Origin: a virus
Virus record (IMG/VR): IMGVR_UViG_3300026382_000012
Coordinates: 21,767-85,766 of that record
Strand: one strand, 5' to 3'
Length of the DNA stretch: 64,000 nt
A program made the position numbers and the translations under genes. Below are positions 31,339-39,630 of this stretch, piece after piece (positions within the stretch are counted from its first letter, which is position 1; the number at the start of each line of letters is the position of its first letter). Below the pieces are notes generated by a model that worked only from the letters and a program-made list of their open reading frames with translations, ran no database searches and was not told the DNA's origin.

Positions 31339-31923
31339 ATGATGTATACTTACCTAATAGCCACGCCATTGTATACGATAAATTACTATTCAGAAAATAA
31401 AAAGAAAGATCTAAAAGAAATCGAAGAAACATATTATAAACTAGTTAAAAAGAGTATCGAATTTTATAAGAAAATTTATAACACAAATAGTGATTTAAAA
31501 ATTGAAAATAGAAATGTGTCTTATCGTGAAAACTTTTGTTTAAATCTTAATGCATTATTAACATTAAGAAAATTAAACGGCGCGCGTATTGTAAGAGCTT
31601 TCTTTAGTACATCTTATACCTTATATGGAGTAAAAGTTAAATTATCAGATAAATATCTAGAAGAATTAATAAACGAAATCAGATACCTTATAAACATAAT
31701 AAATAAAACATACAAACAATACAGAAAAAATATTTCAATTTCACATGTTGATATTATATATGTTTTTAAAGCAGAAAATGAAATCTATAAAAAATTGAGG
31801 TTAGAATTACTAAATAACCGCGCAATATCAAAAGAGATAACCAACTTAAATATTTCTGATAGGCAAGCAGTAGAAATAGCAATAAAGGAGCTGTTTAATA
31901 AGGTTCTACTTACAAAACTTTAA
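31339..31923 (+). CDS. Hypothetical protein, C-terminal motif group
   Basis: Ends ELFNKVLLTKL. Confidence 0.8.
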   Translation: MMYTYLIATPLYTINYYSENKKKDLKEIEETYYKLVKKSIEFYKKIYNTNSDLKIENRNVSYRENFCLNLNALLTLRKLNGARIVRAFFSTSYTLYGVKVKLSDKYLEELINEIRYLINIINKTYKQYRKNISISHVDIIYVFKAENEIYKKLRLELLNNRAISKEITNLNISDRQAVEIAIKELFNKVLLTKL

Positions 31924-31944
31924 TACGGAAAAGAGAGGTATTAT

Positions 31945-32622
31945 ATGTTAAAATTTATTGAGAGTATATGGCTCTCAACAAAGTTATTCTTTAGCAAAGC
32001 AGATTGTTATTTTATCAATAACAAAAAAGGATATATTAAAGTTAAAACACGCCCGATACATTTTATATATAAAAATGAAAATTACAATTTTGCCATTATA
32101 CATATTCCATTTGAAGAAATAAAGATACTATATATCCCAGATAGAACTTTATTGCTAAATTTTAGTAACGAAACTGAGTTACATCATTGGATAAATACCG
32201 TTTTGCAATTAGTTGAAGATGAGATAATTTTGGAAGATCATTTTAATTCTTCTCTTACTATTGGGCATATAGAATATTGTAAAACTGCACCGATTGATGA
32301 GATATTAAGCAATTTTAAATTTGAAGAGCATGAACTTAATAAAACTGACAATACTATTAATATTGTCGCGCACCATAATGAAAACTTAGACGATATAATA
32401 ACATTTATAATTAATACTCTAAGAAACATATCAAATAGTATCTCAATTATTAATGATATATATGTAATAATTGGTTATGGCCAGATAACAATCAAATACG
32501 GTAAAAGAAAATTAACAAAATTGATAGAAAAGATTAAAGATACTGATATTTATATGTTGTTCATTAACGATATTAAGTTAATAGAATTAATTAAAAATCA
32601 TAATCTATTAAAGAAGTTATAG
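31945..32622 (+). CDS. Hypothetical protein, C-terminal motif group
   Basis: Ends LIKNHNLLKKL. Confidence 0.8.
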   Translation: MLKFIESIWLSTKLFFSKADCYFINNKKGYIKVKTRPIHFIYKNENYNFAIIHIPFEEIKILYIPDRTLLLNFSNETELHHWINTVLQLVEDEIILEDHFNSSLTIGHIEYCKTAPIDEILSNFKFEEHELNKTDNTINIVAHHNENLDDIITFIINTLRNISNSISIINDIYVIIGYGQITIKYGKRKLTKLIEKIKDTDIYMLFINDIKLIELIKNHNLLKKL

Positions 32623-32634
32623 AAAGAAACTGTA

Positions 32635-33315
32635 ATGTGGGAAGCAGAAACCTTTTATACATACACAGTAGCTTATAATATTAATAAAAATGTAAACATT
32701 AAAAAAGAACATTTAATTAAATTTATAGAATTAGTAGAATATTTTTCGGAAACTATAAACTTATATATAAGAGCATTCTATAAAACTCTAGTAACAGTAA
32801 AATACGATGGTTTAGTTATTAAACTGATATTCGATAAAAATATGACACAAAGAGAATATGATGAATTAATTGATAAATTAGATAAAATTACGCCTCAAGA
32901 ATTAAGAAATTTCTTTCACAATCAAATTACAAAAAATGTAGTTGAATACATAGAAATATTAGATTACGAATCAATCAAAATAGTATTTAAAAACTTAACT
33001 ACTTATATTTTAAGTATTGATGACATAAATAACTTTAAAGAGGGATATCGTCCGGAAAAATCCGTATTTTTGTTAAATAAGAGAAATCCGAATAATACTG
33101 AAATAATCAAAATAGTAGATAGGTTATCAAAATTATTTAATCATTATTTCTTAGTAATCGATAATATATTACTTATATATAACGATAGTTTAGATATATT
33201 AAAGATAATTACCCCTATTGACAAAATAAAAATTAATGATATAATTAGTCAGTTGACTTTTGAAAAGTTTACTCTAGAGGAACTGAATAATTATGAAAAA
33301 CTCCGTGCGCTTTAA
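32635..33315 (+). CDS. Hypothetical protein, C-terminal motif group; paralog of 34252..34923
   Basis: Long shared blocks (KFIELVE, LIDKLDKIT, SKLFNHYFLVIDN); ends ELNNYEKLRAL. Confidence 0.85.
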   Translation: MWEAETFYTYTVAYNINKNVNIKKEHLIKFIELVEYFSETINLYIRAFYKTLVTVKYDGLVIKLIFDKNMTQREYDELIDKLDKITPQELRNFFHNQITKNVVEYIEILDYESIKIVFKNLTTYILSIDDINNFKEGYRPEKSVFLLNKRNPNNTEIIKIVDRLSKLFNHYFLVIDNILLIYNDSLDILKIITPIDKIKINDIISQLTFEKFTLEELNNYEKLRAL

Positions 33316-34042
33316 ACAAACATTATATATAATTTTAGATAAAGAAAATCTATTAATATACGATAAAGATAAGATACTAAAAATCAATATAAAAGAAATC
33401 GAAATCGATGAAATATCTTATTTTAAAAAACACATCCTGAAATTATCATACAATAATAAAATATATTACGAATTTGAGTTTAGTAATTATAGAAATAATA
33501 GACAAAAAAAATTATCAATAGAGTATTGTACGAATAATGATAATATTGTAGATGTTGTTAATAAAATAATGAACAAAAAATCCATAATACCATTTATGTA
33601 TTATATAGCAAATGCAAAAATAGATAACTTAAATGTTATTATATCTGAAGACAATGATAATATAATCGAAATTAATGGAATCACTTTACGTGCACCGCGC
33701 ATTAAAACATCATATGATATAAGTTATTTTGCGTCGTCAACGTACATTCGTTATTTATGTATAAATACATATTCTGATAAAATACACAATAAATTGGGAG
33801 AGATATCGAAAAAAATAATAGATAAAATAAGTAATTTAAACATTCATAGTCCAATATTTACAATAGATTTTGATTATATAGTTTTTGAGAGCAGAATATT
33901 CTTCGTATTAAATAATTATATACGAGAAATAAAGGATGAATTAGATATACAAGAAATAATATTAATGTTTATGAAGAAAATGTTTAACTTAAAAATAAAT
34001 GATGAAGAGCATACATCATTACTTAAACTAATGATGCAATAA
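33293..34042 (+). CDS. Hypothetical protein; paralog of 34926..35687
   Basis: Shared ILDKENLL, YFKKHILK, FDYIVFE; ends EHTSLLKLMMQ. Confidence 0.85.
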   Translation: MKNSVRFKQTLYIILDKENLLIYDKDKILKINIKEIEIDEISYFKKHILKLSYNNKIYYEFEFSNYRNNRQKKLSIEYCTNNDNIVDVVNKIMNKKSIIPFMYYIANAKIDNLNVIISEDNDNIIEINGITLRAPRIKTSYDISYFASSTYIRYLCINTYSDKIHNKLGEISKKIIDKISNLNIHSPIFTIDFDYIVFESRIFFVLNNYIREIKDELDIQEIILMFMKKMFNLKINDEEHTSLLKLMMQ

Positions 34043-34064
34043 ACTACTTTAAAGGAGGTAAACG

Positions 34065-34239
34065 ATGGAAAAGAAAGTTAAGTATATTGTTAAAAAGAGT
34101 TGTACTAGGTCGTACATGATACGGTGATAAAGGTGTTTATAAAATGGAAACAAATAGACTATATGACACATACGAAGAAAAATTATTAGAAATTATCAAA
34201 GAAACCCCAAATCAAGATGGTCTACTAAAGAAATTGTAG
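34065..34239 (+). pseudogene. Degenerate remnant gene between the duplicated pairs
   Basis: Perfect junction motif and RBS then ATG; frame broken by a shift in an A-run and a TGA; last frame ends GLLKKL*. Confidence 0.5.
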
Positions 34240-34251
34240 GGAGAAGTTGCA

Positions 34252-34923
34252 ATGTGGAAAGTAGAAGCTTTTCATTCATATATAGTGGCTTACGACATTA
34301 ATGAAAATATAAATGTAAAAAGAGAACATTTAACTAAATTTATAGAATTAGTAGAACATTTCTCAGGAACTATAAATTTATATATAAGATTATTCTACAA
34401 ATTTTTAGTGTTGATAAAATGTGACGACTCAATTATTAAAATAATGTTTGATACTAGTATAACGCAAAATGAATACAATGAATTAATCGATAAATTAGAT
34501 AAAATCACGCACCGACTAAAAGAAATAGGAAATTTCTTCCATAATCCAGTCACAAAAAATATGGTCGGATATATAGAGATATTAGACTATAGATCAATCA
34601 AAATAGTATTTAAAAATTCAACTACTTATATCCTAAATATTGATGATATAAATAACTTTAAGGAAAAAGTAATACATAAAAAATCTATATTATTACTGAA
34701 TAAGAATAATCCAAATAATGTTAAAATAATTAAAACAATAGATAAATTATCGAAATTATTTAATCATTACTTCTTAGTAATCGATAATATGTTACTTATA
34801 TATAACAATAGTCTAGATGCGTTAATAACAGTTATCTCTATTGATAAAGTAGAGATTGACGATGTGATTAAACAATTAACTTTTGGATTATTTACCTCAA
34901 AGAACCTCAAAGGAGTTAAGTAG
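34252..34923 (+). CDS. Hypothetical protein; paralog of 32635..33315 with altered C-terminus
   Basis: High similarity; tandem ACCTCAAAG duplication at 34894-34912 shifts the last codons. Confidence 0.85.
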   Translation: MWKVEAFHSYIVAYDINENINVKREHLTKFIELVEHFSGTINLYIRLFYKFLVLIKCDDSIIKIMFDTSITQNEYNELIDKLDKITHRLKEIGNFFHNPVTKNMVGYIEILDYRSIKIVFKNSTTYILNIDDINNFKEKVIHKKSILLLNKNNPNNVKIIKTIDKLSKLFNHYFLVIDNMLLIYNNSLDALITVISIDKVEIDDVIKQLTFGLFTSKNLKGVK

Positions 34924-34925
34924 CT

Positions 34926-35687
34926 ATGAAAACCGCACGCCTATACACAATATTAGATAAGGAAAATCTACTAGTAAATGATAGTAACGAAATACTAAAA
35001 ATTAATATAGAAGAAATAGTTGATGAAATGGGTTATTTCAAGAAACATATTTTAAAATCATCATATAATAATAAAATATGTTACGAATTTAAATTTAACG
35101 AGTATGGAAATAGTAGACCGAAGAAATTATCAATAAAATATTATACAAATAATGACAATATTGTAGAAGTTGTCAATGAAATAATGAACGAAAAATCTAT
35201 AGTAGCATTTATATATTACATAGTTAATGCAAAAATAGACAAACTAAATGTTACTATATCTGAAGATAATGGAGTCATAATTAAAACCAACGAAATAACT
35301 TTACACGCGCCGCATATCAAAGCATTATGCAATACAAATCATTCTATTTTGTCATTTGCATTGCCATCAACATTTATAGCAAACACACATATTTGTAGTC
35401 TATGTATGAATACAAATTTTAGTAAGGCATATAATAAATCAGACAAAATAACAAGAAAAATAACGGATAAAATAAACAGTTTAAATATACACAAACTAAC
35501 ATTTACAATAAGCTTTGACTATATAGTTTTTGAAGATAAAATATTCTTCGTATTACATGACTATATACGAGAAATAAAAAATGACGCGGATATACAGGAA
35601 ATAGCATTGTTATATATAAAGAAAATGCTTAACTTAAAAATAACTGATGAGGAATACGCCACATTGTTTAAATTATTGATGTTGTAA
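34926..35687 (+). CDS. Hypothetical protein; paralog of 33293..34042
   Basis: Ends EYATLFKLLML. Confidence 0.85.
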   Translation: MKTARLYTILDKENLLVNDSNEILKINIEEIVDEMGYFKKHILKSSYNNKICYEFKFNEYGNSRPKKLSIKYYTNNDNIVEVVNEIMNEKSIVAFIYYIVNAKIDKLNVTISEDNGVIIKTNEITLHAPHIKALCNTNHSILSFALPSTFIANTHICSLCMNTNFSKAYNKSDKITRKITDKINSLNIHKLTFTISFDYIVFEDKIFFVLHDYIREIKNDADIQEIALLYIKKMLNLKITDEEYATLFKLLML

Positions 35688-35713
35688 ACTACTTTAAAGG
35701 AGGTTAGAATAAA

Positions 35714-36523
35714 GTGTTTAGTGCAATCGTACATAAATTACCTTACTTTCCTCACGCTAAATTATACAGTTGTGTAATAACTGAAGATAATAAGCTTATT
35801 TATAGCGGACTTATATATTCGCCACATGAAATATTAAAAAACATATCCAATAAAATATTCAAAGATGTTCTTGAATATCTAGTAACATCTGGATATATAA
35901 TTGATTGGGATAGTACTATTATTAAATTTGATCCTTTGCGAGAAGATATCTTTATTGACATGTCTAGATTATCAATACTTGGTTTTAGTAGAATTAAAAA
36001 TATGACCATTTCTACTAAACTGGAAGTATACCAAAAAGCGATACCTGACATATCTGATGTTTTAAAAATCGCTAGAGGACTTTCTTATGTATCATTTGCA
36101 TCATTGGAGGATATTTTAATATACATATCACAAGGCAATTCTAATTACATAAATATAGAAATAAGCAATACTGCTAGTACTATTGAAACTAAAAATTCGC
36201 GCGAATATTTTTCACAATTAAAATTCGAAAAAATTGAAACAGATAAGTTTTCATGGATAAAATATAACGATAGTACTATTAAAAAAGAATTGATATTGAA
36301 AGTAATAAGTATAATAAATACATTGATAAGAGCCGATGTAAAACCAAATATATTAACAATAAGTGATTTATTAGTAACATCCGGCGGTTATGTATTTAAT
36401 AAATACGAACTGGAAGAACGGATAGGATCATCAGATATGTTTAATTATATAGCCAGTAAGATAGATCATATAGAAGTTTTCGACGACGAATTAATCAACT
36501 TTATGAATATAAAGAAATACTAA
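35714..36523 (+). CDS. Hypothetical protein, C-terminal motif group
   Basis: GTG start after junction motif; FEKI..WIKYN..NYIAS shared with the IS-split gene; ends DELINFMNIKKY. Confidence 0.85.
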   Translation: MFSAIVHKLPYFPHAKLYSCVITEDNKLIYSGLIYSPHEILKNISNKIFKDVLEYLVTSGYIIDWDSTIIKFDPLREDIFIDMSRLSILGFSRIKNMTISTKLEVYQKAIPDISDVLKIARGLSYVSFASLEDILIYISQGNSNYINIEISNTASTIETKNSREYFSQLKFEKIETDKFSWIKYNDSTIKKELILKVISIINTLIRADVKPNILTISDLLVTSGGYVFNKYELEERIGSSDMFNYIASKIDHIEVFDDELINFMNIKKY

Positions 36524-36576
36524 TTAATGGTAGCTATAAATAGTACAAATATGAACTATACTAAAATAAAAAAATT

Positions 36577-36605
36577 TTGGGTGGGATAATAATTCGCCCA
36601 CCCAA
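36577..36605. terminator. Terminator hairpin between convergent gene blocks
   Basis: TTGGGTGGG / CCCACCCAA stem with an A-tract on the left (U-tract for minus-strand transcripts). Confidence 0.75.
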
Positions 36606-36607
36606 TA

Positions 36608-37429
36608 CTATGCAATTAATTCACTAAACAGAAATCTATATCTTTCTATGCCACTTTCAGCGAAAATTATATCTTTTATTTCGCTTTCTTTAACTACATC
36701 TTTTATATTTTTGATGACGTTAAAATTATATTCATTAATCCAATTTATAACTTCTGATGTTACATATACTTTATTGTCTACTAATAACCTATTTATTGAT
36801 ATTACTTCGATTACAGTTAATTCCATTGCTTGTGTAAGAATTCTTGAATATTCTTCTATATAACTATTAAAATCACCGTTATCTTTAGGATATTTTATTT
36901 TTGTTAGTACTATGTCTTTAAATTTATAGTAAAGTTTTTCGTGTGCTTGTATGAAATATTTAATAATTTTCTTTTGAAAATCATTATCAAGTTGCTGGCA
37001 TATCTTTTGTAATATTGTTGTGTATTTATCTTTATAATAATCTAGAATTAATTCAACTATGCGTTTAAATTGCGCGCATTCGTTATTTCTTTTTCTGATA
37101 ATAAACATGTATTTCATTAAATCTGAAATTGTTTGTATTGACTCGCGCCATACTCTAAATTTAACATCTAAAATATAATGACAAATGTAATCGAAATCAA
37201 AATTAGCATTTTCTATTAAACTTATAAACATAGAATGATTATATTCAAATTTAGAAATATTATTACTAGTAGTTATAGATAACTTAATAAATCTTGAAAA
37301 TTCTCTTTCGTCAATTAGTTCTATAAAGAAGTCATCGTAATTATTTACTAATTTAACTAATCTGCTGCATTCGTTACGATAAGGACATTTATTACATATA
37401 TCATTTTTTAGAAGAATTTCTCTCAGCAT
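36608..37429 (-). CDS. Hypothetical protein with N-terminal CxxC-x5-C
   Basis: CNKCPYRNEC. Confidence 0.7.
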   Translation of the reverse strand: MLREILLKNDICNKCPYRNECSRLVKLVNNYDDFFIELIDEREFSRFIKLSITTSNNISKFEYNHSMFISLIENANFDFDYICHYILDVKFRVWRESIQTISDLMKYMFIIRKRNNECAQFKRIVELILDYYKDKYTTILQKICQQLDNDFQKKIIKYFIQAHEKLYYKFKDIVLTKIKYPKDNGDFNSYIEEYSRILTQAMELTVIEVISINRLLVDNKVYVTSEVINWINEYNFNVIKNIKDVVKESEIKDIIFAESGIERYRFLFSELIA

Positions 37430-37478
37430 ATTCTAAAACCCTATATGGAATAAAGTTTAATTAAATACTATTTAAAAA

Positions 37479-37976
37479 CTAAAATGATACATCTCTCTTG
37501 GTATTGATAGTTTTGACACTATCATCAATTGATATTAATTTATTTTTAATATGTTCTAACTCTTTAGTAATAGCTTTAGTTTCAGATGTCAACTTTACTA
37601 TTTCTAATAATAATTCGGGAATTTTTTCGCGATGAAAATTAGAATCGTCATTAATTTTCCTAAGAATTGACTTAATATTTTCTTCTATGTATTCTATACG
37701 TACATTTAATTTCTCTATTTCGTTTAATATATTTGTTATATCGCGGCCGGTATTACTAATAACCACTTGTTTATTTACATTCTGTGTTGTTGGCTGCGGT
37801 GATTTTTTAGTACTCATATTAGAATTCTTACCCATAAGTGTAAGAAAAAAATCTTTATTTTGGACAATCACAATTACTAATAGAGCAATAATAAAAAGTA
37901 TCAAAACAAATTCTAAATTTGTCAATGTCTTTAATTTGTATGCGATAGCATCTGCAATAGAATCCGTCCATGCCAT
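37479..37976 (-). CDS. Membrane-anchored coiled-coil protein (possible holin or spanin-like)
   Basis: One TM helix FVLILFIIALLVIVIV followed by heptad repeats. Confidence 0.6.
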   Translation of the reverse strand: MAWTDSIADAIAYKLKTLTNLEFVLILFIIALLVIVIVQNKDFFLTLMGKNSNMSTKKSPQPTTQNVNKQVVISNTGRDITNILNEIEKLNVRIEYIEENIKSILRKINDDSNFHREKIPELLLEIVKLTSETKAITKELEHIKNKLISIDDSVKTINTKRDVSF

Positions 37977-38015
37977 TATAGTTCCTTTTGATACTGATAT
38001 AATACAAAAAATTAA

Positions 38016-38045
38016 ATGCCTCCGGGATTATAATCCCGGAGGCAT
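38016..38045 (-). terminator. Perfect 30 bp palindrome, terminator after the major capsid gene
   Basis: ATGCCTCCGGGATTA|TAATCCCGGAGGCAT followed by a T-tract on the minus strand. Confidence 0.8.
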
Positions 38046-38051
38046 CAATAA

Positions 38052-39578
38052 TTAAACATATGGATTATTAACAACTTTAACTACACCAAGTTTTCTAGGA
38101 TCTACAACTTCTACAGCAGTTCTAGACTTGAGATATTGCTTTGTAACGCCATTTACATCAGACTTATGGATATAGAGCGGTTTATAAACAACATCAACAA
38201 GAGCAGCGGCGGATTTATTATTTGCCTTATAAACTACATAAATCTTTCCTTCTTCAACAGAATCAGATTTAAATATTGTGAACTTAGTAAATTGAAGTGC
38301 GGAAGCAGCAGGTCCTAATTTTCCTTGTCCTTGTGTATTCATTTGAGCGGTAGCGAAAGACTGAAGAGCTTCTAGTGTAATTGCTGTCTTCCTATCTGTA
38401 ACAAGATATTGAGGTGTTACGTGCGCATTCTTCTCGATAGAAGAAGCAACAGCAAGAATCTTAGGTACTACGAGAGAGAATACATCTGCAATATTAGCAG
38501 GTGTGAGATAAGTAGGAATAGAAGAGTAATCTATAGTAGCAGTATTACCATATTTAGCCATATCAGGCTCAGAAAGTTTAAGAAGATCTGCTACATCTGC
38601 ATCTTTATTTAATTGGAATTGGAGTTTAACAACTTCCATAATGGAAGCAAGAAGATCTATGTTATAAATATCTTTAAAGTCTTGAACTTCTTCATCAATT
38701 AGTTCGATGAAGAATGTATTATCTTCATCGAGTTGAAGTTTGAGTTCATCTTCTACGTTGAGTTTAATTTTAACTTTTCCTTTATCGGCGCCGTATACGT
38801 TAATTCTACATTCTACAGTTGCATTTTGGAAGTCAATAGTATCAGAAGAATCAGTTATAATGTTTTTAGAAAGTACGATTTCGCCGGTTTCGAAGTTTAC
38901 ATTACCTGTAACAATTACATTAACAGTTTTACCGTCACCGGCAGCAGTAAATTGAGCTTCACCATAGAAGTTACCGGAGAAGTCTGCTCTGATAACTACA
39001 GGAAGATTTACTGTAGTAGTACTAGAACCATCATTATCTGTGAGAGTTAGTTTAGTAATAGCAAAGTATCTTTGATTAATTTTTGCTTTATCAGTTATAG
39101 AAAGTAGAGAGAAGAGATTTGTTTTACCTTCGCTAATAGTTTCAACTATTTTATTAGGCCTTACAGCGGTAGAAGAAGGAAGTTCTACTTTATCAAGAAC
39201 TGTGCCGTCGATTTTTATAACTTCACCGACAACAGATTTTCTTGGAATAGCAACTCTTTTCTGAGAAGTAGTAAATACAGTTAGAAGTTTAGAAATAAGA
39301 GGTGTTTGATATACATCTGCGAGTATTGGGAAGTACATAATCGCCCAAGCTCTTCCTTCACCAGTTAAGAGATCGCCGGATTCTTGAAGAACTTCTCTTT
39401 CCCTATAAGCTACTGTTTTAAATGCTTCTCTAGCATCTTTATCTTCAATAGCTTCAGAAAGTGCAGTGATAAAATCTTTAAATGCAGTATTATCTTTTAG
39501 AAATCCTACAGGATCAGATTCAATAAGAGATCTGTTTTGTTTAACATAAGAATCATACTGTTCCAATATTAAAGCCAT
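38052..39578 (-). CDS. Major capsid protein (T4 gp23-like)
   Basis: Follows portal and protease; EVQDFKDIYNID, YKPLYI..KSRTA; distinct high-expression codon style; strong RBS and terminator. Confidence 0.85.
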   Translation of the reverse strand: MALILEQYDSYVKQNRSLIESDPVGFLKDNTAFKDFITALSEAIEDKDAREAFKTVAYREREVLQESGDLLTGEGRAWAIMYFPILADVYQTPLISKLLTVFTTSQKRVAIPRKSVVGEVIKIDGTVLDKVELPSSTAVRPNKIVETISEGKTNLFSLLSITDKAKINQRYFAITKLTLTDNDGSSTTTVNLPVVIRADFSGNFYGEAQFTAAGDGKTVNVIVTGNVNFETGEIVLSKNIITDSSDTIDFQNATVECRINVYGADKGKVKIKLNVEDELKLQLDEDNTFFIELIDEEVQDFKDIYNIDLLASIMEVVKLQFQLNKDADVADLLKLSEPDMAKYGNTATIDYSSIPTYLTPANIADVFSLVVPKILAVASSIEKNAHVTPQYLVTDRKTAITLEALQSFATAQMNTQGQGKLGPAASALQFTKFTIFKSDSVEEGKIYVVYKANNKSAAALVDVVYKPLYIHKSDVNGVTKQYLKSRTAVEVVDPRKLGVVKVVNNPYV

Positions 39579-39630
39579 GTCTAATTACTCCTTTTTTGTT
39601 TAATAAATTTTTAAAATAATACAACATTAT

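Noticed and set aside
32635-35687. Diversity-generating retroelement template/variable repeats
   Set aside because: Differences between copies are not adenine-specific, span whole genes, and no reverse transcriptase is present
326-35703. Junction motif as a CRISPR repeat or integron attC site
   Set aside because: Copies are separated by whole genes, are only about 16 nt, lack attC inverted-repeat structure, and no cas or integrase gene is present in the window
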